This document shows, piece after piece, positions 12,978-59,337 of a DNA stretch of 64,000 nucleotides. A program made the translations under genes and the position numbers. The notes beneath the pieces are model-generated. The model was not told the origin of the DNA, did no database searches, and saw only the letters and a program-made list of their open reading frames with translations. Where the stretch lies: the NCBI GenBank assembly GCA_002269645.1, contig NIVC01000024.1:558001-622000 (forward strand), read 5' to 3'. How positions within the stretch are numbered: position 1 is the first letter of the stretch; each line of letters opens with the position of its first letter. This DNA comes from Macrostomum lignano. Taxonomy: Eukaryota.

Positions 12978-13630
12978 TGTTATAACTGGGAAGAACTATC
13001 TTTGTTTTACTGATAAAGAAAATTTGTTTAATCACGTTCCCCACACCCATCCTCCCCTAGTAAAACCTATAAATACAAGCGTTTTCGGGCAACGTTTTCT
13101 TCGCCCGCCGAATCTCCGATTTGGTTAAGAAAGCAAATCGTGTTGGCTCAGTTATTTGGAAAGCAGAAAGGAGAGAAAAGCTGTGAGAAGCCAGAAGAGT
13201 AACGGAGAGAAAAGCTGTGAGAAGCCAGGAGAATAAAGGAGAGAAAAGCTGTTAGAAGCCAGAAAAAGGGGAAGTAAGCGGTCGGCTAGTTGGGCAACTC
13301 CATCCCAGGATAGCCGCTCTAGGACTTAAATTAGGAGTAGAAATTAGGACAGTATTCAATGAAATAGATCAGTGTTTGCCACTCGACATTGCTACCAGGG
13401 CTACTTGCTTAATTTCAAGGAGTCCTTAAACTAATGTTCTGGAGTTAATGTTCTTAGAAACAGCAAATGACTGAAGTAGTATAATAAGGCAATAGAGATT
13501 TTAGACAACTTGGTGATTCAGTAGTGAAATTAAATAAATATAAAATACAAACCCCTAGGACAACTTGGTGCCAGCAATTGGGATAAAAGTATATAACTTT
13601 AATAGGAGTTGCAACAACTTGGTGGCATCA
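12978..13630 (+). mobile_element. Possible LTR relic with PBS-like motifs
   Basis: Starts TGTTATAAC and has GTTGCAACA at 13608-13616 (imperfect inverted ends). TATAAATA at 13068, three ~35-bp direct repeats at 13.17-13.27 kb, an AATAAA, and ACAACTTGGTG three times. TGGTGCCAGCAATTGGGAT resembles a tRNA-Leu PBS (TGGTGTCAGAAGTGGGAT). No TSD or internal ORF found. Confidence 0.35.
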
Positions 13631-15095
13631 GTAAAATAATTCAAAGAATAGTTAAACAGCCCTCCAACACCTTTTCATCATGAATCTGTTTTATTAGTTA
13701 AATGAGTTACTTGTCCTAAAAATATCTGTCGGATGAAACACATTCATTGGTATAAGTTTGGTAAATATTAGTATTGGCATTTACTTTTTATATAGCTAGT
13801 AAGCAACTCCTAGATTTCTATAGTTTTCTGTTTTCTAATTGCATGACAACTTATTGTTTATGCATCAATATCATCAGAAATATATTTTATTCAACTAGGG
13901 ATTTTATTTTGAATTTTGTAAATGTATACAAAAGTTTAATTGGCTAGCCAAGAATATTCAGTGATAGGATGACTAATATTATAAACAATATTAAGTAATA
14001 ATTTTATTTTCATTGGATAGAACAAATTAAATCATATAGTAGTATAATAGTGTAATTAGATTATCTAGTAATATTATATTATCTAATTTAATCTATCTAA
14101 TACTATGGTATAATATTGATATAAATATGATATTGATCATATAATATTGATACATCATGATATTAACTTATCCTTTTATCTTGATTTATCTAATTGTCAT
14201 TGAGAAATGACTGTTATAAAAAATCTAATAAAAACAAATAAAAAGTTTGAATAAAATAATAAGCTACTTTCTAATACTCTAAGCAGTAAAGCAGATATAA
14301 CAACTGCTAATAAATGGAAATAATTAAATCAAATGAATTAAACTTGGTTTTTTAAACTGAACTATATATATTAGCTTAAAGATTTTATATTCTCTTTTTT
14401 GTTTATTTCAAAATAAAACAAAAAGATTAGATCTATGTAATATCGACATATAGTGTCGTGTCGACTTGTGTGTAGTAGTACTAATGTCAATGAATTCAAC
14501 TATGATAATTTTATGGAAATGGTACACTTAGGTTAATCAATACAGAATCATATGGAATACACGATTTGAAAAGTAACAACAGATGCGATGTGATTCACAT
14601 CTGAAGCAGTCCCGTGTGGCTTGTATCGAGCTTATAATTTAAACCAATTTGTAAAAAAATTTTGAGCCGATTCTAAGAATGACAACCAGTTCATATAAAA
14701 ATCGTCCCCGATAATTGAAATGTCGCAGAAACAGCTAAACAAACAGCAAATTAAAGCATCTGCGCAAATGTCTAATACTTTGTCTTGATACAAAGTAAGT
14801 GTGTAGTGATTTTCAAACTGCCATTTCAATTGCATTTTAGAACCTACAACGAAATTTTGTGCTTCTTTGAAACCTTTGAGCAAAAAATTGAAAGTTTAAT
14901 TAAAGGTCAACGATCGTGTAATTCAACTACACGGGTCGTGCTAAAAAGCGAAAAAAAGAACCAATTTTCTTTTCAGGACTTCTGTTACTGAAATCTGTTT
15001 CTTTTTTTCAAGTTTATTAGAAAAATTACAGTTGTCAGCGTTGACTCGTTGCTGAAAGAGTTAAAAATTTACGGTGGCCGTTAACGTACAAGTAC

Positions 15096-15920
15096 CTACT
15101 TTAAAACTATATTTTCCCAGTCGGCATTCATTTCAATTTCACGTTCGGCTTGTACCTCGCCTGTGAATTCAATTAGCCGACAGATCCTATGGCGATGATT
15201 GTAGAGCAAGCCACTCGTTGGATAGGCATGCCTGACAGCAATCTTCAGACAATGCATAACTGAATCGGCAGCGAAATCATCCGAGTGACAGTATTCCGAA
15301 ATCTCGTTAAAATGTGATCTATGGAAGTTCACTTTGCGCCATAATCCAAATTTTTGTTCAGCTAACTGCAGCTGCTCCACTGGCAAGGCTTCGCAGGTAA
15401 ACGGGTTCAAATCGGAGCAGACTTTGTCATTTAGTTGACCGCTGACTAAGTCAAATTCTAAGCAGTTCTCCCAGCCCGCAACGGCATCGTTTGGCTCGCT
15501 GCCCCATCCTGGATAGTTGGCCGGGAACTCGGAGCCGAAACTGTCGCCAACTGCCACGGGTCGCCAGCCGTCCTTCTGCTTGCCGCGTTCCCTAGCTAAG
15601 TCGGACACGCCGATCCACGTGGAAAGTTTACCAGTTGTTGAGCCGTTAGAACTCAGCTGCAGCTTGGCTATAGCACTAGGATTAGCTATCAGCCTAGCGC
15701 CAAGGTGCCAACAGTAGCGATTAGCTTGACACCAGGTGAGTCGATGCTGAGTATCCGGCAGCAGCAAGCACCTGTCGCGGTTGCCTCCGTCTCCAGGAAC
15801 AAACGGTTGACGACACAGCTGTTTATCGCCGCTGTTTTTGCTGTGAACTATTGGGTGGAAACGGAGCAAAATGATTAGGAAGTATTGCACTGCACCACTG
15901 CGGCATTGAATGGGTGACAT
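15096..15920 (-). CDS. Secreted C-type lectin domain + C-terminal PAN/apple-like module, 274 aa, intronless
   Basis: Hydrophobic N-terminus; TWCQANRYC, WIGVSD, GSEPND, ENCL, LNDKVC...FTCE (CTLD); then YCH...MHC...LYN...CRL. Clear paralog at 60843-61586. Confidence 0.88.
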   Translation of the reverse strand: MSPIQCRSGAVQYFLIILLRFHPIVHSKNSGDKQLCRQPFVPGDGGNRDRCLLLPDTQHRLTWCQANRYCWHLGARLIANPSAIAKLQLSSNGSTTGKLSTWIGVSDLARERGKQKDGWRPVAVGDSFGSEFPANYPGWGSEPNDAVAGWENCLEFDLVSGQLNDKVCSDLNPFTCEALPVEQLQLAEQKFGLWRKVNFHRSHFNEISEYCHSDDFAADSVMHCLKIAVRHAYPTSGLLYNHRHRICRLIEFTGEVQAEREIEMNADWENIVLK

Positions 15921-16375
15921 GCCCGACGGTAGACTTTCTCTTCTTGTCCTGAGTCCGAGTCCCGCTAATACCTTTTATCCTGAAGGCTTGCTTTTAAAAA
16001 ATCGACTTACAGAAGTGGTTGCTTGCATTTCTGTCAACTTGAGAAGCCAGAGACGCCCAGTTTTCACTTGAGTTCAATTAGCTCTCAGTAGTGCAAACTC
16101 ATTTAAGCCTTCTCAGTGCGTCAAATATTTACAGAAAGTTTTTAAAATGTCGAAACGAGTTCTTTAGTTAAACTTCTAACTAAAATATTCCAAAACATAT
16201 ATTACATGTACCTCTTTAGTATACTCAATTTTGCGCTGCAAGGATAACCCACCAACCTGCACATGTAGGTCAATTTAGTACACTTTTGGTGACACTTTTT
16301 GTCCATAGTGGTGAAATTAGTTCGCTTACCTGCTTACCAGTCTGGCTTTGACATTCTGGCGGGTCTGGTAGCGCT

Positions 16376-16698
16376 CTATGACATCCTGCTGGCATCTCTA
16401 TGACATCCTGCTGGCATCTCTATGACATCCTGCTGGCATCTCTATGACATCCTGCTGGCATCTCTATGACATCCTGCTGGCATCTCTATGACATCCTGCT
16501 GGCATCTCTATGACATCCTGCTGGCATCTCTATGACATCCTGCTGGCATCTCCATGACATCCTGCTGGCATCTCCATGACATCCTGCTGGCATCTCCATG
16601 ACATCCTGCTGGCATCTCTATGACATCCTACTCACCTACTGGCATCTCTATGACATCCTGGTGGCATCTCTATAACATCCTGCTGGCATCTCTATGAC
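16376..16698 (+). repeat. 22-bp minisatellite TCTATGACATCCTGCTGGCATC
   Basis: Direct periodicity. Confidence 0.95.
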
Positions 16699-17100
16699 TT
16701 TCACTTTCAGTTTAAGCCGAAGCAATGCAGCTTAGCTTAAAGCCAAGGAGAAGGAGATTAAAGTGGTGCTACTCAATATTATAGTAGCACAATCCAGCCA
16801 GCCGTGCAGACCGAGATTCTCGGACACCCATCAAGCAATTTGTCGGCGCGCGAAAATGATTTACTGATCCAGACAAATTCAAATCCCGTGAGAGTTTTAG
16901 TTGGCCTCATTTGCTAGATTGCAAGAAGCCCCGAGGCACTGCAGCTGGCTGTGTCTCCTAACTACATGTATATCTCTTATTGAGTATTTATATCATGTAT
17001 ATGCACTACGCCTTACAGCAAACAAATTTATGAGAAAATACTATCTTTGTAAGGCCAAAATGGTTGGGGAATTGTGCATTCTTCACACACTCTTTCCAGT

Positions 17101-17307
17101 CGATCGCAGTGGTTAGAACTCCGCGCATTCACGCACGTTCACAGTGGTTAGAACTCCGCGCATTCACGCACGATCACAGTGGTTATTCACGCACGTTAGC
17201 AGTGGTTAGAACTCTGCGCATTCACGCACGATCGCAGTGGTTAGAACTCTCTGCGCATTCACGCACGATCGCAGTGGTTAGAACTCTCTGCGCATTCACG
17301 CACGATC
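17101..17307 (+). repeat. ~35-bp tandem repeat CGATCGCAGTGGTTAGAACTCCGCGCATTCACGCA (about 6 units), resembling a tRNA 5' half
   Basis: Direct periodicity; AGTGGTTAG matches a tRNA D-loop motif. Confidence 0.85.
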
Positions 17308-17634
17308 TGCACAGTTGACATTTTTTACCCTGAAACTTTTTCCCGCTTATTTATTGTGACCCACGGAGCGCATAATGGACTTGGCAAAATATTGCAAAAT
17401 AAACAAAACTGGTCACAGAGCTCATTGCCAAATATGAGCAGATAGATAGCCGGAAGTGACCGATTTCTCTCTGTCGTGTCGGTGGGATGGCTGGAAAATT
17501 AACGAGTGTTTATGACCAGCGAACATCTCCCCTTCACTTCGCTTCCAAACAGCTTATTACAGAGCGATCTAGATAGTGTAACCTGATCCCATCACAAGCA
17601 GACTGCATGCGTCCTTTCAGAAAGCGAAGCGGCT

Positions 17635-17636
<2 letters not shown>

Positions 17637-17714
<78 letters not shown>
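17637..17714 (+). repeat. (AG)n microsatellite
   Basis: Pure dinucleotide run. Confidence 0.97.
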
Positions 17715-17717
<3 letters not shown>

Positions 17718-17815
17718 TTTCCTGGTTCTGCACCACACGCCGAGGCTGCTTGCTTTAAAGTTCTAAAAAAATTCCCCCACATGTCTCCTATAGCTGCACT
17801 CTCTGCCCTCCTCCC

Positions 17816-17851
<36 letters not shown>

Positions 17852-18034
17852 GCCCATTCCACTGTCTCCCCTCTCGACCTCGAACACGATCGCCACAATG
17901 TGCAAAATGACGGCAATGGAGCTGGTCGTGCCTTCGCCCGCCGCCCCCTCATACGCGAAAAAAAGTTTTTTTCCCAGCCATTGGCCTGGTTCAAGGAGAC
18001 CCTGAACCAGGAACCTGAAGTTACAACTCCTCCT

Positions 18035-20330
18035 GATGGGCGTCCCTGTCTCTTGGTGAGCGCCTCTGTCTTTTGGTGGGCGTCCCTGTCTCTTGGTGAG
18101 CGCCCCTGTCTCTTGGTGGGTGCCCCTGTCTCCTGGTTGGTGCCCCTGTCTCTTGGTTGGTGCCCCTGTCTCTTGGTGGGTGCCCCTGTCTCTTGGTGGG
18201 TGCCCCTGTCTCCTGGTGGGTGCTCTTGTCTGTTGGTGGGCGCCCCTGTCTCTTGGTGGGTGCCCCTGTCTTTTGGTGGGTGCCCCTGTCTCTTGGTGGG
18301 CGCCCCTGTCTCTTGGTGGGTGCCCCTGTCTTTTGGTGGGTGCCCCTGTCTTTTGGTGGGCGCCCCTGTCTTTTGGTGGGTGCCCCTGTCTCTTGGTTGG
18401 CGCCCCTGTCTCCTGGTGGGCGCCCCTATCTCCTGGTGGGTGCCCCTGTCCCTTGGTGAGCGCCCTTGTATTTTGGTGGGTGCCCCTGTCTTTTGGTGGG
18501 CGCCCCTGTCTCTTGGTGGGTGCCCCTGTCTCTTGGTTGGCGCCCCTGTCTTTTGGTGGGTGCCCCTGTCTCTTGGTTGGCGCCCCTGTCTTTTGGTGGG
18601 CGCCCCTGTCTTTTGGTGGGTGCCCCTGTCTCTTGGTGGGTGCCCCTATCTCTTGGTGGGTGCCCCTGTCTCTTGGTGGGTGCCCCTGTCTCTTGGTGGG
18701 TGCTCTTGTCTGTTGGTGGGCGCCCCTGTCTCTTGGTGGGTGCCCCTGTCTCTTGGTGGGTGCCCCTGTCTCTTGGTGGGTGCCCCTGTCTCTTGGTGGG
18801 TGCCCCTGTCCCTTGGTGAGCGCCCTTGTATTTTGGTGGGTGCCCCTGTCTCTTGGGGGTGCCCCTGTCCCTTGGTGAGCGCCCCTGTCTCTTGGGGGTG
18901 CCCCTGTCCCTTGGTGAGCGCCCCTGTCTCTTGGTGGGTGCCCCTGTCTCTTGGTGGGCGCCCCTGTCTCTTGGTGGGTGCCCCTGTCTCCTGGTGGGTG
19001 CCTCTGTCTCCTGGTGGGTGCCCCTGTCCCTTGGTGAGCGCCCTTGTATTTTGGTGGGTGCCCCTGTCTCTTGGTGGGTGCCCCTGTCTCTTGGTGGGTG
19101 CCCCTGTCTCCTGGTGGGTGCCCCTGTCTCTTGGTTGGCGCCCCTGTCTTTTGGTGGGCGCCCCTGTCTCTTGGTGAGCGCCCCTGTCTGTTGGTGGGCG
19201 GTCCTGTCTCTTGGTGGGTGCCCCTGTCTCTTGGTGGGTGCCCCTGTCTCCTGGTGGGTGCCCCTGTCTCCTGGTGGGTGCCACTGTCTCTTGGTGGGTG
19301 CCCCTGTCTCCTGGTGGGTGCCCCTGTCTCCTGGTGGGTGCCCCTGTCTCTTGGTGGGTGCCCCTGTCTCTTGGTGGGTGCCCCTGTCTCTTGGTGGGCG
19401 CCCCTGTCTCTTGGTGGGTGCCCCTGTCCCTTGGTGAGCGCCCTTGTATTTTGGTGGGTGCCCCTGTCTCTTGGTGGGTGCCCCTGTCTCTTGGTGGGTG
19501 CCCCTGTCTTTTGGTGGGTGCCCCTGTCTCCTGGTGGGTGCCCCTGTCCCTTGGTGAGCGCCCTTGTATTTTGGTGGGTGCCCCTGTCTCTTGGTGGGCG
19601 CCCCTGTCTCTTGGTGGACACCCCTGCCTCTTGGTGGACATTCCTGTCTCTTGGTGGACACCCCTGTCTCTTGGTGGACACCCCTGTCTCTTGGTGGACA
19701 CCCCTGTCTCTTGGTGGACATTCCTGTCGCTTGGTGGACATTCGTGTCTTGTGGTGGACACCCCTGTCTCTTGGTGGACATTCCTGTCTCTTGGTGGACA
19801 CCCCTGTCTCTTGGTGGACACCCCTGTCTCTTGGTGGACATTCCTGTCTCTTGGTGGACATTCGTGTCTTGTGGTGGACACCCCTGTCTCTTGGTGGACA
19901 TTCCTGTCTTGTGGTGGACACTCCTGTCTCTTGGTGGACATTCCTGTCTATTGGTGGACATTCCTGTCTTGTGGTGGACACCCCTGTCTCTTGGTGGACA
20001 CCCCTGTCTCTTGGTGGACATTCCTGTCTTGTGGTGGACACCCCTGTCTCTTGGTGGGCGCCCCTGTCTCTTGGTGGACACTCCTGTCTCTTGGTGGACA
20101 TTCCTGTCTCTTGGTGGACACCCTTGTATCTTTGTGGACACAGATACCCTTGTATCTTTGTGGACACCCCAGTCTCTTGGTGGACATTCCTGTCTCTTGG
20201 TGGACACCCTTGTCTCTTGGTGGACACCCCAGTCTCTTGGTGGACATTCCTGTCTCTTGGTGGACACCCTTGTATCTTGGTGGACATTCTTGTCTCTTGG
20301 TGGACACCCTTGTCTCTTGGTTGGCAACCC
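18035..20330 (+). repeat. 2.3-kb 20-bp minisatellite CCCCTGTCTCTTGGTGGGTG, switching to a ...GGTGGACA variant after ~19611
   Basis: Direct periodicity; explains the many long ORFs at 17.5-20.4 kb. Confidence 0.97.
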
Positions 20331-20759
20331 TCTCTTCTAGGCTTGTGAACGCGACTTCCAAGAGGCGGCAATAGTCAAAGGCCCCCCCATTGCCCTGTGC
20401 GTAAGACTACCCAAGGCTCTTGAAACATCCCAGTAGCAATCCGGTTTGCGCGTCTTTCAGCTTTCTTCTCTATCCTCTATCCTCTTGTCTCCATTCGCTT
20501 CTTTCATCTCTCGACTGCTCCAAGTTCTGGATCGCGGCCTCCTTGGCAGGCTGCACCCCGCGGGCTGCCCCCCCCAACCCCAGCCCGTATCCCCTGTGGG
20601 ATCTGTTTTTCACGGACAGTCGGGGTGTCGGTGGTTCAGGATCGGCCAGGGGGATTGGCGTGGCAAAGAAGAGCGAGGGAACCCCAAAACCCCCCACCTC
20701 TGTCTCACTCTCTGTCTCCCACTGCCTCGCCTCCCTCCCCGCTGCAGTTGCTTCGTTAT

Positions 20760-20989
20760 AAACAGCTGAACTGCGTTGACCAAAGTTCGACTGGCGACGG
20801 CGAGGCGTGCATGGCCCACTTGCAGTCGAACAAATGCGCTTCACTGAGTTCAGAGTGACTCAGGCCAGCTTAATTACTGCACAGTGAATAGTCAACTCCG
20901 AACTACGCCATATCTTGGTATCGACTGCTGTATTGCTAAACTGAAACAGCTCAACGTTGATGCCGAATTTGCGTTGATAAATTTTCAAG
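20760..20989 (+). other. Candidate 5' UTR exon of sif (left boundary unknown)
   Basis: Perfect donor CAAG|GTAAGT at 20989/20990, followed by repeat-filled sequence and a pyrimidine-rich acceptor (CTCTCTGCCCGCCAGCAG|) at 23446, 12 nt before the sif ATG. Confidence 0.45.
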
Positions 20990-21024
20990 GTAAGTAAATC
21001 TATTGTTGGGGCAAAATTCTTTGT

Positions 21025-22312
21025 AACAGTGTAATAGTGTAATAGTGTAACAGTGTAATAGTGTAATAGTGTAATAGTGTAATAGTGTAATAGTGTAATA
21101 GGGTAATAGTGTAATAGTGTAATAGTGCATTAGTGTAATAGTGTAATAGTGTAATAGTGTAATAGTGTAATAGGGTAATAGTGTAATAGTGTAATAGTGT
21201 AATAGTGTAATAGTGTAATAGTGTAATAGTGCATTAGTGTAATAGTGTAATAGTGTAATAGGGTAATAGGGTAATAGTGTAATAGTGTAATAGTGTAATA
21301 GTGTAATAGTGTAATAGTGTAATAGGGTAATAGGGTAATAGTGTAATAGTGTAACAGTGTAATAGTGTAATAGTGTAATAGTGTAATAGTGTAATAGTGT
21401 AATAGGGTAATAGGGTAATAGTGTAACAGTGTAATAGTGTAATAGTGTAATAGTGTAATAGTGTAATAGTGTAATAGGGTAATAGTGTAATAGTGTAATA
21501 GTGTAATAGTGTAATAGTGTAATAGGGTAATAGTGTAATAGGGTAATAGTGTAATAGTGTAATAGGGTAATAGGGTAATAGTGTAATAGTGTAATAGTGT
21601 AATAGTGTAATAGTGTAATAGGGTAATAGTGTAATAGGGTAATAGTGTAATAGTGTAATAGGGTAATAGGGTAATAGTGTAACAGTGTAATAGTGTAATA
21701 GTGTAATAGTGTAATAGTGTAATAGTGTAATAGTGTAACAGTGTAATAGTGTAATAGTGTAATAGTGTAATAGTGTAATAGTGTAATAGGGTAATAGGGT
21801 AATAGTGTAACAGTGTAATAGTGTAATAGTGTAATAGTGTAATAGTGTAATAGTGTAATAGGGTAATAGTGTAATAGTGTAATAGTGTAATAGTGTAATA
21901 GTGTAATAGTGCATTAGTGTAATAGTGTAATAGTGTAATAGTGTAATAGTGTAATAGGGTAATAGTGTAATAGTGTAATAGGGTAATAGGGTAATAGTGT
22001 AATAGTGTAATAGTGTAATAGGGTAATAGTGTAATAGGGTAATAGTGTAATAGTGTAATAGGGTAATAGTGTAATAGGGTAATAGTGTAATAGTGTAATA
22101 GGGTAATAGGGTAATAGTGTAATAGTGTAATAGTGTAATAGTGTAATAGTGTAATAGGGTAATAGTGTAATAGGGTAATAGGGTAATAGGGTAATAGTGT
22201 AATAGTGTAATAGTGTAACAGTGTAATAGGGTAATAGTGTAATAGGGTAATAGTGTAATAGGGTAATAGTGTAATAGGGTAATAGTGTAATAGGGTAATA
22301 GTGTAATAGTGC
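21025..22312 (+). repeat. 8-bp repeat (GTGTAATA)n with GGGTAATA and GTGTAACA variants
   Basis: Direct periodicity. Confidence 0.97.
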
Positions 22313-22399
22313 AATATTTCGCAACTCTTTTTACTTCAAGGTCCAGATAGACAACGTAGAGACAGACTGTCGGCCGGAGGAAGGGAGAGAAGAGAGACA

Positions 22400-23205
22400 A
22401 TTAAGAAGAGAGAAGGGAGCTAAGAGAGAGGAGAGGCGAGAGAATAAATGAGAAGAGAGAAGAGAGAAGGAGAGGAGATGAGGAGAAAAGAGAGGAGAGA
22501 GGAGATGATTGAGAAGAGAAGAGAGGAGAGAAGAGAGGAGGAGAGGAGATGAGGAGAAAAGAGAGAGGAGAGAGGAGATGATTGAGAAGAGAATAGAGGA
22601 GAGAAGAGAGGAGAGAGGAGATGATTGAGAACAGAAGAGAGGAGAGAAGAGAGGAGGAGAGGAGATGATTGAGAAGAGAAGAGAGGAGAGAAGAGAGGAG
22701 GAGAGGAGATGATTGAGAAGAGAAGAGAGGAGAGAAGAGAGGAGGAGAGGAGATGAGGAGAAAAGAGAGAGGAGAGAGGAGATGATTGAGAAGAGAATAG
22801 AGGAGAGAAGAGAGGAGGAGAGGAGATGATTGAGAAGAGAAGAGAGGAGAGAAGAGAGGAGGAGAGGAGATGAGGAGAAAAGAGAGAGGAGAGAGGAGAT
22901 GATTGAGAACAGAAGAGAGGAGAGAAGAGAGGAGGAGAGGAGATGATTGAGAACAGAAGAGAGGAGAGAAGAGAGGAGGAGAGGAGATGAGGAGAAAAGA
23001 GAGAGGAGAGAGGAGATGATTGAGAAGAGAATAGAGGAGAGAAGAGAGGAGAGGAGGAAGGAGAGAGGAGAGAGGAGAGAGGAGAGAGGAGAGAGGGGAG
23101 AGGAGAGAGGAGAGAGGAGAGAGGAGAGAGGGGAGAGGAGAGAGGAGAGAGGAGAGAGGAGAGAGGAAAGAGATGATAGAGAAGAGAGGAGAGGAGATTA
23201 GAGAG
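22400..23205 (+). repeat. Polypurine GA-rich repeat with higher-order GAGGAGAGGAGATGATTGAGAAGAGAA blocks
   Basis: Almost entirely A/G on the + strand. Confidence 0.93.
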
Positions 23206-23458
23206 AAGAGCGCTGCTGAGAAGAGACACAAACCCTGAGCGGGCCAGATTGCTATTGTGAAGTTTCAAAAGACCCGAGGGCCGGATAGAGAGGCTCTGCG
23301 GGCCGCATGATGATGAGCTTGCCGGCCCATGGTGTGTGCATGAGTGCGTGCCTGCGTACTGCTCAGGAGTCAGCGGACTGGGCAGAAATGCCGTCAGCGC
23401 TGGTTATGGGATGATGTCGCCCAACGCCCTCTCTGCCCGCCAGCAGGTCCTCGGCGCC

Positions 23459-52439
<28,981 letters not shown>

Positions 52440-52812
52440 CCCAGTTCCTCACCTGCCTCCTATTTTGTTGTTATTCATAACTCGTTGCTAAGCTGGCTTC
52501 TCAATAATCTTATTACTAAAAAGAATGTAATCTCTAGTGGACAAAGTTTTAAAGCCTGTTACAAAGACTTCTTCTGTTTATTATCGAAGCTTAATGAATT
52601 TTACTTGCTGAACGTTCGACGGACTTGTCTGAAGATCAGGAGAAAAGTTTTTATTTCCTAATCGCCCGCTCTGTCTCTTCTCAGCTCTCTGTTATTATAC
52701 GCTATTAGAACACTTTTATACAACGTTAATGCATCAAGCTATGAACGATTATAAATTGCCTCATCGAACACCCCCAGTTTTTTTGAGTCCTGCTTTAAGT
52801 GCTCCTGCGCCT

Positions 52813-53450
<638 letters not shown>

Positions 53451-54238
53451 CTTAGTTTTTGTCTGTCCGCCTGTCTGTCTGCTTTCCGTGATTGTATTAT
53501 TATGTTATTTTTTCCAGTTTTCTCTTAGCTTTTAGTACAATTTAAATATATGATATTTGATAAAAAATTTGGTGATGCATTGCTACAATTTCCTTCGAAT
53601 TTGCAACAGAAATGATCAAGCGAAACTACAGCTCAAATGCCATTATTTAATTAATAACGCTGAGGCAATTAGTGTTAAATTACATTGCTGGCCTTCTGAA
53701 CTTGAATATATTTGTATTTCTACTGTATATTTAGTCACACCTGAGATTTTGTGGCATGCTGTACCAATTAGCAATAATTGCGGGCACCACAATGTTCATT
53801 TGTATCAGTGCTTGGATCAACAGACCAATAAACAACACTTTTTGGAAGCCACCAACTCAAAGGTAAATGAAACTCATAAGCTAAGTCGCTAATGCATTTC
53901 AGCACTTCAGAAGTGTACCTTTTTTAAATTTGCAACAAACCGCCTGTCACAGATGATTAATTCAGTCTCGGAGCCAACCGCTAGCAATATGGAATAAATT
54001 AACAAAGCCACTACAAACTGGTTCCTGCCGCCTGTGACCTGGTGCTTTCTGATAAGCGAGTCCCATGTATGCAATATTGGAAGCAGTTCACTCCCAGGTA
54101 AGATAACTGATAAGATAAGCAATGCAATTCTCTCACGAATTTCACTGCTGAGTGACACACTATATAAATGCAATAAAGGCTAATGCGCGGGTGCTTAACC
54201 GCATCTATCAATCATTGCGAACTGCCGCTCAGAACGGC

Positions 54239-58989
<4,751 letters not shown>

Positions 58990-59337
58990 GACCCGAGTAA
59001 ACTAAACTGAATCGAAGGAATACGAGGCTCGTTATTTAATAATAAAAATCGTAAATGTGACGCTTTGAACTTTAAGTAAAGTTGCCGCCGCAGAAAAAAA
59101 CCAACTCTACTCTGCTATGCTGCGTCACCCTTTCACGGCTTTTGCTACAAAATTTCATGTTAAATTATCTGAACCAAAGCTAAATTGCTAAACGAGACGA
59201 AGACAGTAGTTATTGCTAATGAATGCTACAATAACCTCTGTGTGGCCTCTTTACGTATTTAAATTAAAGCGTTCGACTTTAAAGGCATTCTCGTGGTTGC
59301 ATATTCTCCGAACCAGGCTAAAAATGACTTGACACCT

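Noticed and set aside
19611-20330. Common origin of the TGTCTCTTGGTGGACA unit and the satellite motif TGTCTGTAGGTTAGGTGGACCA
   Set aside because: The match is limited to short TGTCT and GTGGAC words and could be chance.
17534-20374. 945-aa and other repetitive ORFs on both strands
   Set aside because: Open in many frames because of the 20-bp unit; no domain and no unique coding flanks.
53557-54211. Short ORFs upstream of SLC5 (and at 4.0-5.8, 14.6-15.0 and 61.57-61.81 kb)
   Set aside because: No motifs, no splice-supported continuation, AT-rich intergenic composition.
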